Assembly (NCBI GenBank): GCA_963781585.1
Contig: CAWAGQ010000011.1
Location: forward strand, 288,001-352,000
Direction of reading: 5' to 3'
From: an uncultured Gemmatimonadaceae bacterium
GTDB lineage: Bacteria > Gemmatimonadota > Gemmatimonadetes > Gemmatimonadales > Gemmatimonadaceae
DNA length: 64,000 bases
The notes below the pieces were generated by a model. That model ran no database searches. It was not told the origin of the DNA and worked only from the letters and a program-made list of their open reading frames with translations. Positions 21,301 through 30,292 of this stretch are shown piece after piece. The number at the start of each line of letters is the position of its first letter. Position 1 is the first letter of the stretch. A program made the position numbers and the translations under genes.

Positions 21301-21535
21301 CCGGCACGATGTGCGGGTGCTGCAGTCGCGCGGCCACCTGGATCTCCCGCTTGAAGCGGTCGACACTGACGCCGGCCGCGAGCTCCGGCGGCAACACCTT
21401 CACCACGACCTTGCGACCCAGGGCCACTTCGTCGGCGACGAACACGCGCGACATCCCCCCGCCACCCAATTCGTGCTCGAGGGTGTAGGCGGTGCCTAGC
21501 GAGGACTGCAGGCGTTGCCGGAGGTCGGAAGGCAG
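18359..21535 (-). CDS. Hanks-type Ser/Thr protein kinase with TM segments and C-terminal TPR region
   Basis: 'ELGGGGMSRV', 'VVVK', 'HRDIKPDN', 'DFGIAK', 'GTPAYMAPEQ', 'DIYAFG'; TPR-like helices; start inferred at CTG 21535 (ORF track: TTG 21469). Confidence 0.92.
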   Translation of the reverse strand: MPSDLRQRLQSSLGTAYTLEHELGGGGMSRVFVADEVALGRKVVVKVLPPELAAGVSVDRFKREIQVAARLQHPHIVPVLSAGEIDGLPFYTMPFVEGSSLRARLARGPLSITEAVGVLREVARALAYAHEHGVAHRDIKPDNVLVTGGSAVVTDFGIAKAISASRLEGAAAPTLTAMGTSLGTPAYMAPEQAAGDPSTNHRADIYAFGCMAYEMLAGHPPFHGLTPHKLMAAHMGERPQPITELRPDSPPALAALVMQCLEKEPDHRPQSASDLARVLETVTSGGSTQQSLPEVLLAGRGTLKRALGIYAAAFVVVVVLTRAAIVGIGLPNWVFPGALIVMGLGLPVILLTAFVQRATRRAYTTTPTLTPGGTPASQGTLATIAVRAAPHVSWRRTAIGGVYAGGAFIALIAGYMLLRALGIGPAGSLMAAGKFSDREKVLLTDFKGPPDDSLLGPTVTEAFRTDLAQSANLSVMPATDVREALRRMQQAPTTRVDYNVARQIAAREGIKAVIDGEVVALGGSYVLSARLVAAQTGDELASFRETASEAKDIIPAISRLTKSLRSRIGESLRSVQQARTLDKVTTPSLEALQKYVAANRALEVDGDWPKGEALLQEAIALDSGFAMAYRKLAVEMNNRFLPRALVNDLIQKAYDHRDRLSDAERYLTVAAYYQFGPHPDRAKIISAYESLLDVDPENVTALNNLAVQYRYRREFAKAEDLAARAIKVQTTAGVFYNNLAWSQIAQNKLAQAQQTLELAQRNIPRNPQAAFLGAYLLAYRGERDSATSLVDSISRARASDATIQNGSGFWIGTLDFTRGRLADGLHAFQSSNTAGVTLGLHDAPLQVYLDSATTDAWFRADTTRALRTIERGLAAHPLDSIPPLERPYDRLVLLYALAGQPDRAKTMLAGFDRRRQESSYLSDDDTRHKMLGDIALAERRFDDAIREYRASDVGECTVCALPDLARAYDLAGNADSALAVFSRYTDSPSDPTRIFGDAYTLAGAHKRLGELYEAKGDREKALSHYAEFVELWKNADPELQPLVKQVRDRMSKLQRAEK

Positions 21536-21615
21536 GAAGGACCGCGCCGAGTGGCAGGTTGCAGGTGAATGTAGAGAGCGACCAGAGGCGCGGCCAGCAA
21601 ACCGCGCGCGACGGC

Positions 21616-23103
21616 TCAGCGACCGGGTTCCCTGGAGCGCGGGCGGGGCAGCGTGGGCGCCTTGTTGATCTGGAGCTTCAGTTCCGCGTCGGCGAGCGCG
21701 CGCAGGCGGATGTCACCGATCGTCGCCCGAACCGCGGTGCCTTCGGCGCGAAAGATCCGGGCGCTCAGATCGACCCCCGGCGTCAGCGTCCGGTTCATTC
21801 CGCGCTCGGCCAGCACGCTGAGCTTTCCGAGCAACGCCGAGTCGGGAAGGCGAGCGCGCTGCCGGAGGAAATCGCGCATCTCATCGCCCTGCAGCCACTC
21901 GAACCCGCGTACCAGCAGGTCGGCGCTGCCCACGTCGTAGTCGAGGTCAGGCACGAAGACCTGGTGGCTGGCGCGATCGAGGCTCGGCGTTCCCGTCAGA
22001 AAGAGCCGGCCACGCACCGAACCGCCGAGGGTGACGCCTAACGCCACCCGACCGCCCCCGATCCCACTGAGCGTCACGTCGCGGATCCGGACACGCCGGC
22101 CCGACTCCGAGATCCACCTGCCCACCAGCGCCTTTCGCAGCAGCCCGGTCGCCACCGGATACGTGAACGACGCGTCGATCAGCACGATGGCTCCGGTCCC
22201 GACGCTGTCCACGCGCTCCAGCCGTGGAAGGGGCCGCATCCGCTCCCCTTCGTCCGGCCGGGGCCCGGTCAGCACGCGCGGCGACGCGATCAGCCGAAGG
22301 TTGCCCACGATCACGTTCCCGTCGGACGTCACGTCTCCGAGCTGGGCGGCGAACGGATTGATCACCATGTAGATGCTGTCGGCGAACCGGATGGGGCGCT
22401 CGAGCTGCAGCCAGACGTGCTCGAACCAGGACTTGGCATCCCAGCGCGACACCGATCGATCGAACCGCGCCAGGTTCCGCTCGAGCATCCGCTGGGTGGC
22501 CTCGATCACCCGACCGGTGACGTCGATGTGGAAGATCGTGACCCGGCAGTGGTCCCGCGCATCGGTGCTGTAGGGCTCGAGTCGCTTCACCCGCGTCCGC
22601 GTCACAACTTGCCAGTCCGGGGTGATCCGTGCCGACGAGACCAGCGTGGCGCGCACGCGCGGCCGCGGTACACCTCCGGTGCCACAGGCAGCACTCAACT
22701 CGGGACCGATGATCGGCCGATACCATCCGCGGGCTTCGTATTCAACGTCCGTGGAGATCGTGACGGTCAGCCCGTCCGACCGCACCCGGAACGGCGATCG
22801 CGACACGGCGAACGCAAAGTGCGCGCGCTTGTTGTTCCCTGCCTGGAGCCGTTCCTCGATGTCGCCGTAGTCGCGCGGCACAGCGGCCTCGAGGGAATCC
22901 ACGGCAGCGGAAAGGTCGTAGCTGATGGGCGCTTCGACGATGGAGGCGCGAGGCGCGGCCAGCGAGTCAGGTGAATCGGCGACGACCTCGGGAGGCGGGG
23001 CATCCAGCAGCAGGGGCCCGGACAGTATCTGGCGCAAGTACAGCGCGCCGCCGCCCCCGGCGACAGCGACCGCGAGGAGAGTCCACCGAATGCGCCTCTT
23101 CAT
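21616..23103 (-). CDS. DUF4403-like protein with N-terminal membrane anchor
   Basis: N-terminal TM, beta-rich body, 'G.LFLTGTP.LD.....V..DLDYD'; start ATG 23103. Confidence 0.6.
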   Translation of the reverse strand: MKRRIRWTLLAVAVAGGGGALYLRQILSGPLLLDAPPPEVVADSPDSLAAPRASIVEAPISYDLSAAVDSLEAAVPRDYGDIEERLQAGNNKRAHFAFAVSRSPFRVRSDGLTVTISTDVEYEARGWYRPIIGPELSAACGTGGVPRPRVRATLVSSARITPDWQVVTRTRVKRLEPYSTDARDHCRVTIFHIDVTGRVIEATQRMLERNLARFDRSVSRWDAKSWFEHVWLQLERPIRFADSIYMVINPFAAQLGDVTSDGNVIVGNLRLIASPRVLTGPRPDEGERMRPLPRLERVDSVGTGAIVLIDASFTYPVATGLLRKALVGRWISESGRRVRIRDVTLSGIGGGRVALGVTLGGSVRGRLFLTGTPSLDRASHQVFVPDLDYDVGSADLLVRGFEWLQGDEMRDFLRQRARLPDSALLGKLSVLAERGMNRTLTPGVDLSARIFRAEGTAVRATIGDIRLRALADAELKLQINKAPTLPRPRSREPGR

Positions 23104-23239
23104 TCTCTTCGTCGCGCGGAATGGTGGGCCCGGGTTCGCCAGGACCCAGAGGCGAGTACAGGGAGATGCCGGGAGCGTGACACCCCTTAGGGTAGCATCA
23201 CCCGGCCGTTTCGCTACGGGCCGAGGGTGGGGGTGGGCG

Positions 23240-23367
23240 TATGGCCTCCGGCCCATGCCCTCTAGCCCATGCCCCCTGGGCTATGGCCTCTGGCCCATGG
23301 CGTTTGGCCTTTGGCTTGTGGCCCTTGTGGCTTGTGGCGTTTGGCCTGTGGCGTTTGACCTTTGGCC
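23240..23367. repeat. Heptamer family A array, reverse orientation (TNTGGCC), degenerate
   Basis: tatggcc tctggcc catggcg tttggcc tttggct tgtggcc ... tttgacc tttggcc. Confidence 0.85.
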
Positions 23368-23482
23368 TCCGCCCCGGATGTATGTAACACTCGCGCTCGG
23401 CTTCCTGTCCCTTCCGCGGAGACGCGATACATTCTCTCCCCCCGCGGCCGTCCAACGGCCGGGCCAGGAGGATTGTCTGCTC

Positions 23483-23989
23483 ATGAAGTTGCTCGTCATT
23501 CGTCACGCCATCGCCGAAGACCGTGAAGAATTCGCCAAGGGCGGAGACCCGGATAGCGAGCGTCCGCTGACCGATTTCGGCCGGCGCCGTATGCGCCGGA
23601 ACGTCAAGGGACTCTTGCGCGCAACGGAGCGGCCGGATGTACTGGCCACCAGCCCGTTTGCCCGCGCCGCGGAAACGGCGCGAATCGTTGCCGACGCCCT
23701 GGGGCTCACCTCGATCGAGGTGCTGGATGCGCTGACGCCTGAACACCATCCCCGCGATCTCGAGGTGTGGCTGGGAAGGCAGGAGGCGGAAGCGACGATC
23801 GCGGTGGTAGGGCACGAGCCGCATCTCGGGAAGCTGATCACGTGGTTTGTGAGTGGGGGAGAGGATCCTCGGGTCGAGCTGAAGAAAGGCGGCGTGGCGC
23901 TCCTCGAGTTCGATCACCGTCCGGGGGCTGGCAAGGCGATGCTCAGATGGCTTCTGACGCCCGCGCACCTTCGAGCCATCGGTGACTAG
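23483..23989 (+). CDS. sixA: Phosphohistidine phosphatase SixA
   Basis: 'LLVIRHAIAE', 'D.ERPLT..G', 'TSP..RA.ETA', 'VVGHEP.L'; SD AGGAGG upstream of ATG 23483. Confidence 0.88.
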   Translation: MKLLVIRHAIAEDREEFAKGGDPDSERPLTDFGRRRMRRNVKGLLRATERPDVLATSPFARAAETARIVADALGLTSIEVLDALTPEHHPRDLEVWLGRQEAEATIAVVGHEPHLGKLITWFVSGGEDPRVELKKGGVALLEFDHRPGAGKAMLRWLLTPAHLRAIGD

Positions 23990-25532
23990 CCGCGGTTCAT
24001 TCGACGAGGAATTCGACGCCACGTTGCTGGACGAGCCCGCGCCGCGAGGCGCCCGGCTGGTGGCGTTGGCGTTGCTTGCCCGACTGGTGGCCGATCGCGA
24101 GCGGCTGACCGCGCGTCGTGACAAGGAGGCATTGCACGATTTCCGGGTCGCTCTGCGGCGGTTGCGGAGCTGGCTCCGCGCGCTCGAACCCGCGCTCACG
24201 GGGAGTTCGGCGCGCGGCTCGCAGCGCCGGCTGCGGCGAGTCGCCAAGGCATCGAACGCGGGCCGGGACGCCGAGGTGTTCCTGGGTTGGCTCCGCTCCG
24301 CACGCAAGCGGATTCCGGAGCGCAACCGCACCGCGGCGCGCTGGTTGATCACGCGGTTCGATCGCCAGCGACGCGAGGCCGAAGGGTCGCTCGGCGGTCT
24401 GCTCGAACGCGATTTCGCGAGGGCCACCGAACGGTTGCAGGTCCGGCTGGAATCGTATCGGGTGGTGGCCCACGTCCATGACGGCGTGCGGGACGCGCCG
24501 CTGGCAACGCTGCTGGCGCAGCTGGTGCGCGGGCAGGCGCGTGAGTTGCGGGGGCGTCTGGCGCTGGTGCGGTCGCCGGACGACGACGGTCCCGCACACC
24601 GGGCCCGGATCGCCGGGAAGCGCCTGCGGTACCTGCTGGAGCCGGTGGCGGCGTTTCTCGAAGGCGGCACCTCGCTGGTGCAGCGGCTCAAGCGCCTGCA
24701 GGACGCGTTAGGCGACCTGCACGATGCGCACGTCTGGCTGGCGATGCTGGGGGACATGGCGTCGGTGGCGGCGATGCAGGAGGGGCGCCGGATGGCGCGG
24801 ACGCCGGTGAGCGATGCGACCGGGAGTGGCGCGGAGGGCGATCGGGAGAGTGATCGCTACCCATCCCTCGCGGGCTTCGCGATTCTGGCGCGCCTGGCGC
24901 AGGAACTGGCGCTCGACGCCTTCCGGCGGCTGACCCGTGAGTGGGGGAAACGGGGCAGCGATCGCTTCCTCGCCGATCTGGAGAGGGCCTGCGTGGCCAT
25001 GGAGCAGCGGGAGCGGCAGGGGATGGAAATCGAGCGCAAGTACCTGCTTTCGGCGGTCCCGGACGAGATGCCACGCGCGCAGGCTTCACACATCGAACAG
25101 GGGTACGTACCGGGCAGCGTGCTGGTGGAGCGGCTGCGCATGGAGGAGCCGGAGGACGGGCGACGCGGTGCCAAACGTGGGGCCGCCGGGCTGCGGGGGC
25201 GGGGGCGGGGGCGGGGCATCCACTTCTATCGCACGGTGAAGTCCGGGAGGGGGATCGCGCGCATCGAGATGGAGGAGGAGACCTCGCGCGCGGTGTTCGA
25301 CACCATGTGGCCGCTGACCGAGGGGAAGCGTGTGACGAAGACGCGGTACCGCGTTCCGGACGGAGCGCTCACGTGGGAAGTGGACGAGTTTACCAACCTG
25401 GGACTGGTGGTGGCCGAGATCGAGCTGCCGACAACCACGACGAAGGTGGAGTTCCCGCCCTGGCTGGCGCCGTACGTGGAGCGTGAAGTGACCGGCGAGC
25501 CGGAGTACCTCAATGTGAACCTGGCGCGATAG
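23982..25532 (+). CDS. CHAD-CYTH fusion protein (polyphosphate-binding domain plus triphosphate tunnel metalloenzyme)
   Basis: CHAD 'EALHDFRVALRRLRS', 'HRARIAGKRLRY', 'LQDALGDLHD'; CYTH 'MEIERKYL', 'KTRY', 'WEVDEF', 'VAEIEL', 'REVTG...Y.N'. Confidence 0.9.
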   Translation: MTSRGSFDEEFDATLLDEPAPRGARLVALALLARLVADRERLTARRDKEALHDFRVALRRLRSWLRALEPALTGSSARGSQRRLRRVAKASNAGRDAEVFLGWLRSARKRIPERNRTAARWLITRFDRQRREAEGSLGGLLERDFARATERLQVRLESYRVVAHVHDGVRDAPLATLLAQLVRGQARELRGRLALVRSPDDDGPAHRARIAGKRLRYLLEPVAAFLEGGTSLVQRLKRLQDALGDLHDAHVWLAMLGDMASVAAMQEGRRMARTPVSDATGSGAEGDRESDRYPSLAGFAILARLAQELALDAFRRLTREWGKRGSDRFLADLERACVAMEQRERQGMEIERKYLLSAVPDEMPRAQASHIEQGYVPGSVLVERLRMEEPEDGRRGAKRGAAGLRGRGRGRGIHFYRTVKSGRGIARIEMEEETSRAVFDTMWPLTEGKRVTKTRYRVPDGALTWEVDEFTNLGLVVAEIELPTTTTKVEFPPWLAPYVEREVTGEPEYLNVNLAR

Positions 25533-25575
25533 CGCGGCGTCAGCTGGCAGCCGTTTCCCGTCACCTGATAACTGT

Positions 25576-26691
25576 TTGAATATCTTCGTCGTTACCAACG
25601 ACTTTCCGCCGCGCGTTGGCGGCATCAACTACTACGTCGACCAGATGATGCGGTGGTTTCCGGCCGGCGCGGTCACGGTCTTCTCGTCGCGGTCGGCGGG
25701 ATGGGAGGCGTTCGACGCGGCGTATCCGCACGAAGTGATCCGGCTGGACACGGAGATGATGCTTCCGTCTCCCGGAGTTCGGCGGGAACTGCACGCGCTG
25801 CTGCGGAGTCGGCGACCGGAGGTGGTGGTGTTCGGGGCCACCTGGCCGCTGGGTCACATGGGGCCGGCGATCCGCCGGAAGCTCGGAATCCCATATGCCG
25901 GTTTCACGCACGGGCTCGAGATCACCGGAGCCCGGGTGCCGGGACTGCTCGCGCGCATCGGACGGCATGCGTCGCTGTTGACGGCAGTATCGGCGTGGGC
26001 ACGCGACCGCCTCGAGGGGGCGTTCGGGTGGCGGGGGCGGATGCAGCTCCTGCCATCCGGGATCGACCCGCTGCGTTTTCATCCGGGCGTCTCGGACGCG
26101 GCGGTGCGTGCGCGCCATTCGTTAGGCGGCGTGCCGGTGGTGTGCTGTGTGTCGCGCCTGGTCCCCCGCAAGGGGCAGGATCTGCTGATCCGCGCCCTCC
26201 CGGCGGTGGCCGCGGCCTGTCCGGCGGTGCGGCTGCTGATCGTGGGGAGCGGGCCCTACGACCGCGCGCTGCACGCGCTGGCGCGCCGCACGGGTGTCGC
26301 CGATCGGGTGATCTTCACGGGTGCCGTTAGGTACGAGGAACTCCCGGCCCACTTCCGCGCGGGTGACGTGTTCGCCATGCCGTGCCGCGCGCGGTGGTTC
26401 AATCTGGATGTGGAGGCATTGGGAGCGGTGTTCCTGCAGGGCGCTGCGGTGAGCCGGCCCGTGGTCGCGGGAGCGTCGGCGGGCGCTCCGGAAGCGGTGC
26501 GAGACGGAGAGACCGGCTACGTGGTCGATCCCACGCGGCCCGAACCACTGGCCCAGGCGATCGTGTCGTTGCTGCGGGACCCGGCTCGCGCGGCGGCAAT
26601 GGGCCGCGCCGGCGCCGAGTGGGTCCATCGCGACTGGACGTGGGAGGCGATGGCGGGGCGGTTGGCGAAGCAGCTCACCGCCGTCAGATGA
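25576..26691 (+). CDS. GT4 glycosyltransferase, PimB'-like (phosphatidylinositol mannoside alpha-1,6-mannosyltransferase type)
   Basis: 'VTNDFPPRVGGI', 'THGLE', 'CVSRLVPRKGQD', 'FAMPCR....LDVE.LG' recall actinobacterial PimB'. Confidence 0.8.
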   Translation: MNIFVVTNDFPPRVGGINYYVDQMMRWFPAGAVTVFSSRSAGWEAFDAAYPHEVIRLDTEMMLPSPGVRRELHALLRSRRPEVVVFGATWPLGHMGPAIRRKLGIPYAGFTHGLEITGARVPGLLARIGRHASLLTAVSAWARDRLEGAFGWRGRMQLLPSGIDPLRFHPGVSDAAVRARHSLGGVPVVCCVSRLVPRKGQDLLIRALPAVAAACPAVRLLIVGSGPYDRALHALARRTGVADRVIFTGAVRYEELPAHFRAGDVFAMPCRARWFNLDVEALGAVFLQGAAVSRPVVAGASAGAPEAVRDGETGYVVDPTRPEPLAQAIVSLLRDPARAAAMGRAGAEWVHRDWTWEAMAGRLAKQLTAVR

Positions 26692-26837
26692 CAGCTTTCA
26701 TTGGAAGGAGCCAGCAGTCGACATTGGCCAGCAGCGGTGGGCTGCGGTCGGCTGCGGTCGATGTCACCGGCCGCGGTCGATGCCTGCTGACGGCCGCCCG
26801 GTTGACTTGATCGCTGACCGTCGTTCGCTGATGGCTC
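26691..26837. repeat. Degenerate heptamer family B tracts between convergent glycosyltransferases
   Basis: cagcttt..cagcagt..cagcag then ..tgatcgc tgaccgt cgttcgc tgatggc. Confidence 0.45.
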
Positions 26838-26842
26838 CCGTT

Positions 26843-27991
26843 CTACACGCCCGCCAGCACCCTCGACGCCGCGTGCTCGCGCATCGGCATGCGCGTCAGT
26901 TCCTCGTAGATCTCCTCGAGCTGATCGACGATCGTCTCCCAGTCGAAGTGCCGGGCGCGCAGCAGGCCATGCCGGCCTAACGCACGGGCCAGCGCGGGAT
27001 ACTCGAGGAGGTGCCTCACCGCCTCCGCCAGCTCGTCCGACTCGCCGGGGGTCACCAGCAGCCCTTCGCGCCCCCGCCGCAGCACCTCGCGATACCCCGG
27101 AATGTCGCTGGCCACCACCGGCAGCCCCGACGCCATGGCCTCGATGAGCACGATCCCGAAACTCTCCTTTCCGATCGACGGCGCGAGGAAGATGTTCGAC
27201 GCGCGGTAGAAGGTCGGGAGGGCCTGCTCCGACACACGGCCAAGCATGTCCACCCGCGCCCGCGCGGCATCGGGCAAGTCATCGATCGCGTCCCGGTCGG
27301 CGCCGTCGCCGACCACCACCAGCCGCAGGTCGGGATACTCCGTGGCCAGACGCCCGAACGCCCGCACCGCCACCGGAAATCCCTTTCGCCGCTCCAGCCG
27401 CCCCACGAACAGCAGCCGTCGGCCCGGCGGCAACGAGGCCGGTTGGGCGTTCGCGAAAACCTGGACATTGGCGCCGTTCGGAAGAACGCGCACTCCGCCG
27501 TCACCCATGCGCGAGCACACGCTGTAGCGCGCGGCCTCCGAAACCGCGATCCGCCTGTCGATGCGCTCCCAGACCGGACGCATCATCCGCATCATGGCGC
27601 GGTACGCCTTCGACTGCAGGTTCCCGCGCGGCACGTACGAGTGAAAGGTGGCCACCACCGGTGCGTTGGCCTGCAGCACGCCGTGCATGGCGGTGCTGGG
27701 ATTCAGGGGCTCGTGGACGTGAATCACATCGGGGTGGAATTCGCGCAGGGCGCGCCGCACCACCCGCGATGACCACGGACTGAGGCAGATGGGCGCCACC
27801 GATCCGTTCGCGCGGAATGGCACGGCGCGGCCGACGATGCGCACGTCGCTGCGCAGGTGCGGCGCCTCGCCCGGTGCGAGAATCAGGACTTCATGACCCC
27901 GACTGCCGAGATGGAGCGCCAGCTGACGAACGTGAACCTGCACGCCGCCGGGTGCATCCCAGCTGAATGGAGAGACCTGTACGATCCTCAT
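26843..27991 (-). CDS. GT4 glycosyltransferase, PimA-like (phosphatidylinositol alpha-mannosyltransferase type)
   Basis: 'MRIVQVSPFSWDAPGGVQVHV', 'NGSVA', 'HVHEP', 'VATFH', 'RKG', 'ESFGIVLIEAMASG'; start ATG 27991. Confidence 0.85.
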   Translation of the reverse strand: MRIVQVSPFSWDAPGGVQVHVRQLALHLGSRGHEVLILAPGEAPHLRSDVRIVGRAVPFRANGSVAPICLSPWSSRVVRRALREFHPDVIHVHEPLNPSTAMHGVLQANAPVVATFHSYVPRGNLQSKAYRAMMRMMRPVWERIDRRIAVSEAARYSVCSRMGDGGVRVLPNGANVQVFANAQPASLPPGRRLLFVGRLERRKGFPVAVRAFGRLATEYPDLRLVVVGDGADRDAIDDLPDAARARVDMLGRVSEQALPTFYRASNIFLAPSIGKESFGIVLIEAMASGLPVVASDIPGYREVLRRGREGLLVTPGESDELAEAVRHLLEYPALARALGRHGLLRARHFDWETIVDQLEEIYEELTRMPMREHAASRVLAGV

Positions 27992-28056
27992 TCCGTCGTG
28001 GTTGGGGTGAGCGCGCTGACCGCGTGCGTCAGCCCGCGACTGTGAGCCGTCGCCGG

Positions 28057-29421
28057 TCAGCCATGCGAGCGTCGAAGAACGACAACCTCTCCCGCCATGG
28101 CGGCTGCACAAATCAACACGCCAAGAATCAAAAGGGCCAGACGATGCGGGGAATGAGCTCCCAGGTAGCCCAGCACCGAGATGCCCCCTCCCACCAGGAG
28201 CGCCGAGACCATAAACGACGCCCCCAGCACCAGTTCCCGCGTGGAAAAGATGAGCGCGCGCGCCTCGGCCGGGGCGGATTCGTGCACCAGAGTGTCCTGC
28301 GAGACCATGATCGGCGCCAACGCCGTTCCCCCGACCAATGCGATGGGCATGAACACGCCGAATGAGAAGAAGGCACTTCCGACGATCATGAGCGCTCCTA
28401 CGAGGAGGCACCCTACGAGAATGATGTGCCGCTTGTTCCAGCGTGACCCGACGGTGCCGACGACCAGCGATCCCACGATCATTCCCGCCGCCGCCACCCC
28501 GCCGAGGAATCCTACCCCGCGGGGGCCCTGCTGCATCACGTTCTGCACGGCTGAGGTCATCACGACATAGATGGAAGCGGCAAGCACGCCCAGGAGCACG
28601 ATGGTGGCGAAGACGAAGCGGAGCTCCGGATTAGCCCGCACAAATGTCAGGGTCTGCCGCATGTCGCCGGTCAGGTGCGCAAACTCCCGACGGACGAGTG
28701 CGGCGGCCTCGGTCCCGGTCCAGTGCCCGAGAGCGGCGCGACGCGCGTGAGCGGCGCTGATGATCGTGATGAGCACCAGCGAGAGGACCGAAACCACGTA
28801 CGATGCGGAGTCCATGTAGAACCCGGCCTCGTAGCCGGCCAAGCCGAACCGGCGCCAGATGCTCCAGCCGATCATGAGTCCCCCACCAACGATCCCGGTG
28901 ACGGTCGCAATGCGTCCGATCAGCGTGAGCGCCGCGTTCGCGGGGAGTAGCGTATCGTGGCTTACCAGGTCGGGAATGAGCGCCATCTTGGCGGAATTGA
29001 AGAACACGCCGAGCAGGAAGACGAAGAAGGCGACAACGTAGACCGGCCAGAGATGTCCGCTGAAGCGGTAGAGGAGCGGGATCAGGGCCACGATGACCGC
29101 CCGGATCACATCGCACACGATCATCGTGACGCGCTTGTTCCACCGGTCGACCAGCGCGCCGGCGAGCGGTCCGAAGAGCATGGGGAGGGTGAAGACCACC
29201 GCCAGCTGCGAGAACGCGAATCCACTGGTCCGGGCCTCGGCTTCGGCGCCGACCAGCGCGATGAGCGCCATGTGATGCAGCTTGTCACCGAGCTGCGACA
29301 CGGTCTGGCCGACGACGAGCAGCGAGAACTGAGGGCGGCGCAGCACGCGCGCCAGGCCGCCGGCTCGCGATGCTTCGGGGGGACGGACCGCCGGCGGGGC
29401 CTCAGGACTTGCGTTGGTCAC
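28057..29421 (-). CDS. MFS transporter (DHA3/LplT-like)
   Basis: 'GQTVSQLGD', 'GPLAGALVDRWNKR..M...D..R'; about 12 TM; overlaps upstream acyltransferase. Confidence 0.88.
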   Translation of the reverse strand: MTNASPEAPPAVRPPEASRAGGLARVLRRPQFSLLVVGQTVSQLGDKLHHMALIALVGAEAEARTSGFAFSQLAVVFTLPMLFGPLAGALVDRWNKRVTMIVCDVIRAVIVALIPLLYRFSGHLWPVYVVAFFVFLLGVFFNSAKMALIPDLVSHDTLLPANAALTLIGRIATVTGIVGGGLMIGWSIWRRFGLAGYEAGFYMDSASYVVSVLSLVLITIISAAHARRAALGHWTGTEAAALVRREFAHLTGDMRQTLTFVRANPELRFVFATIVLLGVLAASIYVVMTSAVQNVMQQGPRGVGFLGGVAAAGMIVGSLVVGTVGSRWNKRHIILVGCLLVGALMIVGSAFFSFGVFMPIALVGGTALAPIMVSQDTLVHESAPAEARALIFSTRELVLGASFMVSALLVGGGISVLGYLGAHSPHRLALLILGVLICAAAMAGEVVVLRRSHG

Positions 29422-30283
29422 CCGATACCCATTGCGGTTGGAACACGTACCACTGGTCGGGATGGGCCTGAACCGCGGCCGAGAGCCGTTCCGTGATCTG
29501 TCGTGTCAGGCGCAAGCGTTCCTCGTCGCCGCGTCCGGCCGGCAGGAGGGGGGGATCGATCGTCGCAAGATAGCGCGGCGCGCGGGCGGGATTCTCGATC
29601 ACGTGTCCGACGAGTATCGGGGCGCCGGTCGCGATGGAGCAGGCGGCGGGTCCGGTGGGTATCGGTCGGGATCCATCGCAGAAGGGCAAGGTGATGGCGG
29701 TTCGGCCGTCGCCGATGACGCGGTCCGCCACCAGCACCACGATCCGGCCCTCGCCTAACAGGCGATAGGCCTCGCGAATGCCCTGGCGCATGGGAATGAG
29801 CTGCATGCCCGACGCCCGCCGGTACGTGGCCAGGGCGTCGGCGACGGCCGGCGCCAGGTCCTCCACCATCGCGTGCACGGGGTAGCCCACCGCGGCGAGC
29901 CAGGCTCCGCCCAGTTCGTACGGCCCGAGGTGCGCGGTGACGATGATGACGCCTTTCCCCGCGGCGAGGGCGGCATCGAGGTGTTCGCGTCCCCGCAACT
30001 CCATCAACGCGCGCACCTGTTCGAGCGGGATCGAAGGGAGGCGAAAGAGGTCGGCGGCGGCCGCGGCGAGGTTGCGGAACGTGCGACGGGCGAGCCGCCG
30101 GCGAGTGGCGGGCGACTCGTCAGGCACGATGTGCGCGAGGTTGTCGAGGATGATGCGGCGGCGGCGAGCCGCGACCAGGTAGGCCGCGGCACCGGCGGCG
30201 CGGGCCACGCCGCGCAGCACCGGCGCGGGCACCACGCGCGCCAGGAGGAAGGCGACGCGCAGGAACGTGGAGGAGGGAATCAT
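29402..30283 (-). CDS. Lipid A lauroyl / PIM acyltransferase family protein (LpxL/PatA-like)
   Basis: 'G.EHLDAALAAGKGVIIVTAHLGPYE', 'VLVADR', 'P.GPA', 'HPDQW..FQP.W'. Confidence 0.85.
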   Translation of the reverse strand: MIPSSTFLRVAFLLARVVPAPVLRGVARAAGAAAYLVAARRRRIILDNLAHIVPDESPATRRRLARRTFRNLAAAAADLFRLPSIPLEQVRALMELRGREHLDAALAAGKGVIIVTAHLGPYELGGAWLAAVGYPVHAMVEDLAPAVADALATYRRASGMQLIPMRQGIREAYRLLGEGRIVVLVADRVIGDGRTAITLPFCDGSRPIPTGPAACSIATGAPILVGHVIENPARAPRYLATIDPPLLPAGRGDEERLRLTRQITERLSAAVQAHPDQWYVFQPQWVSGDQRKS

Positions 30284-30292
30284 GCCTCAAAA

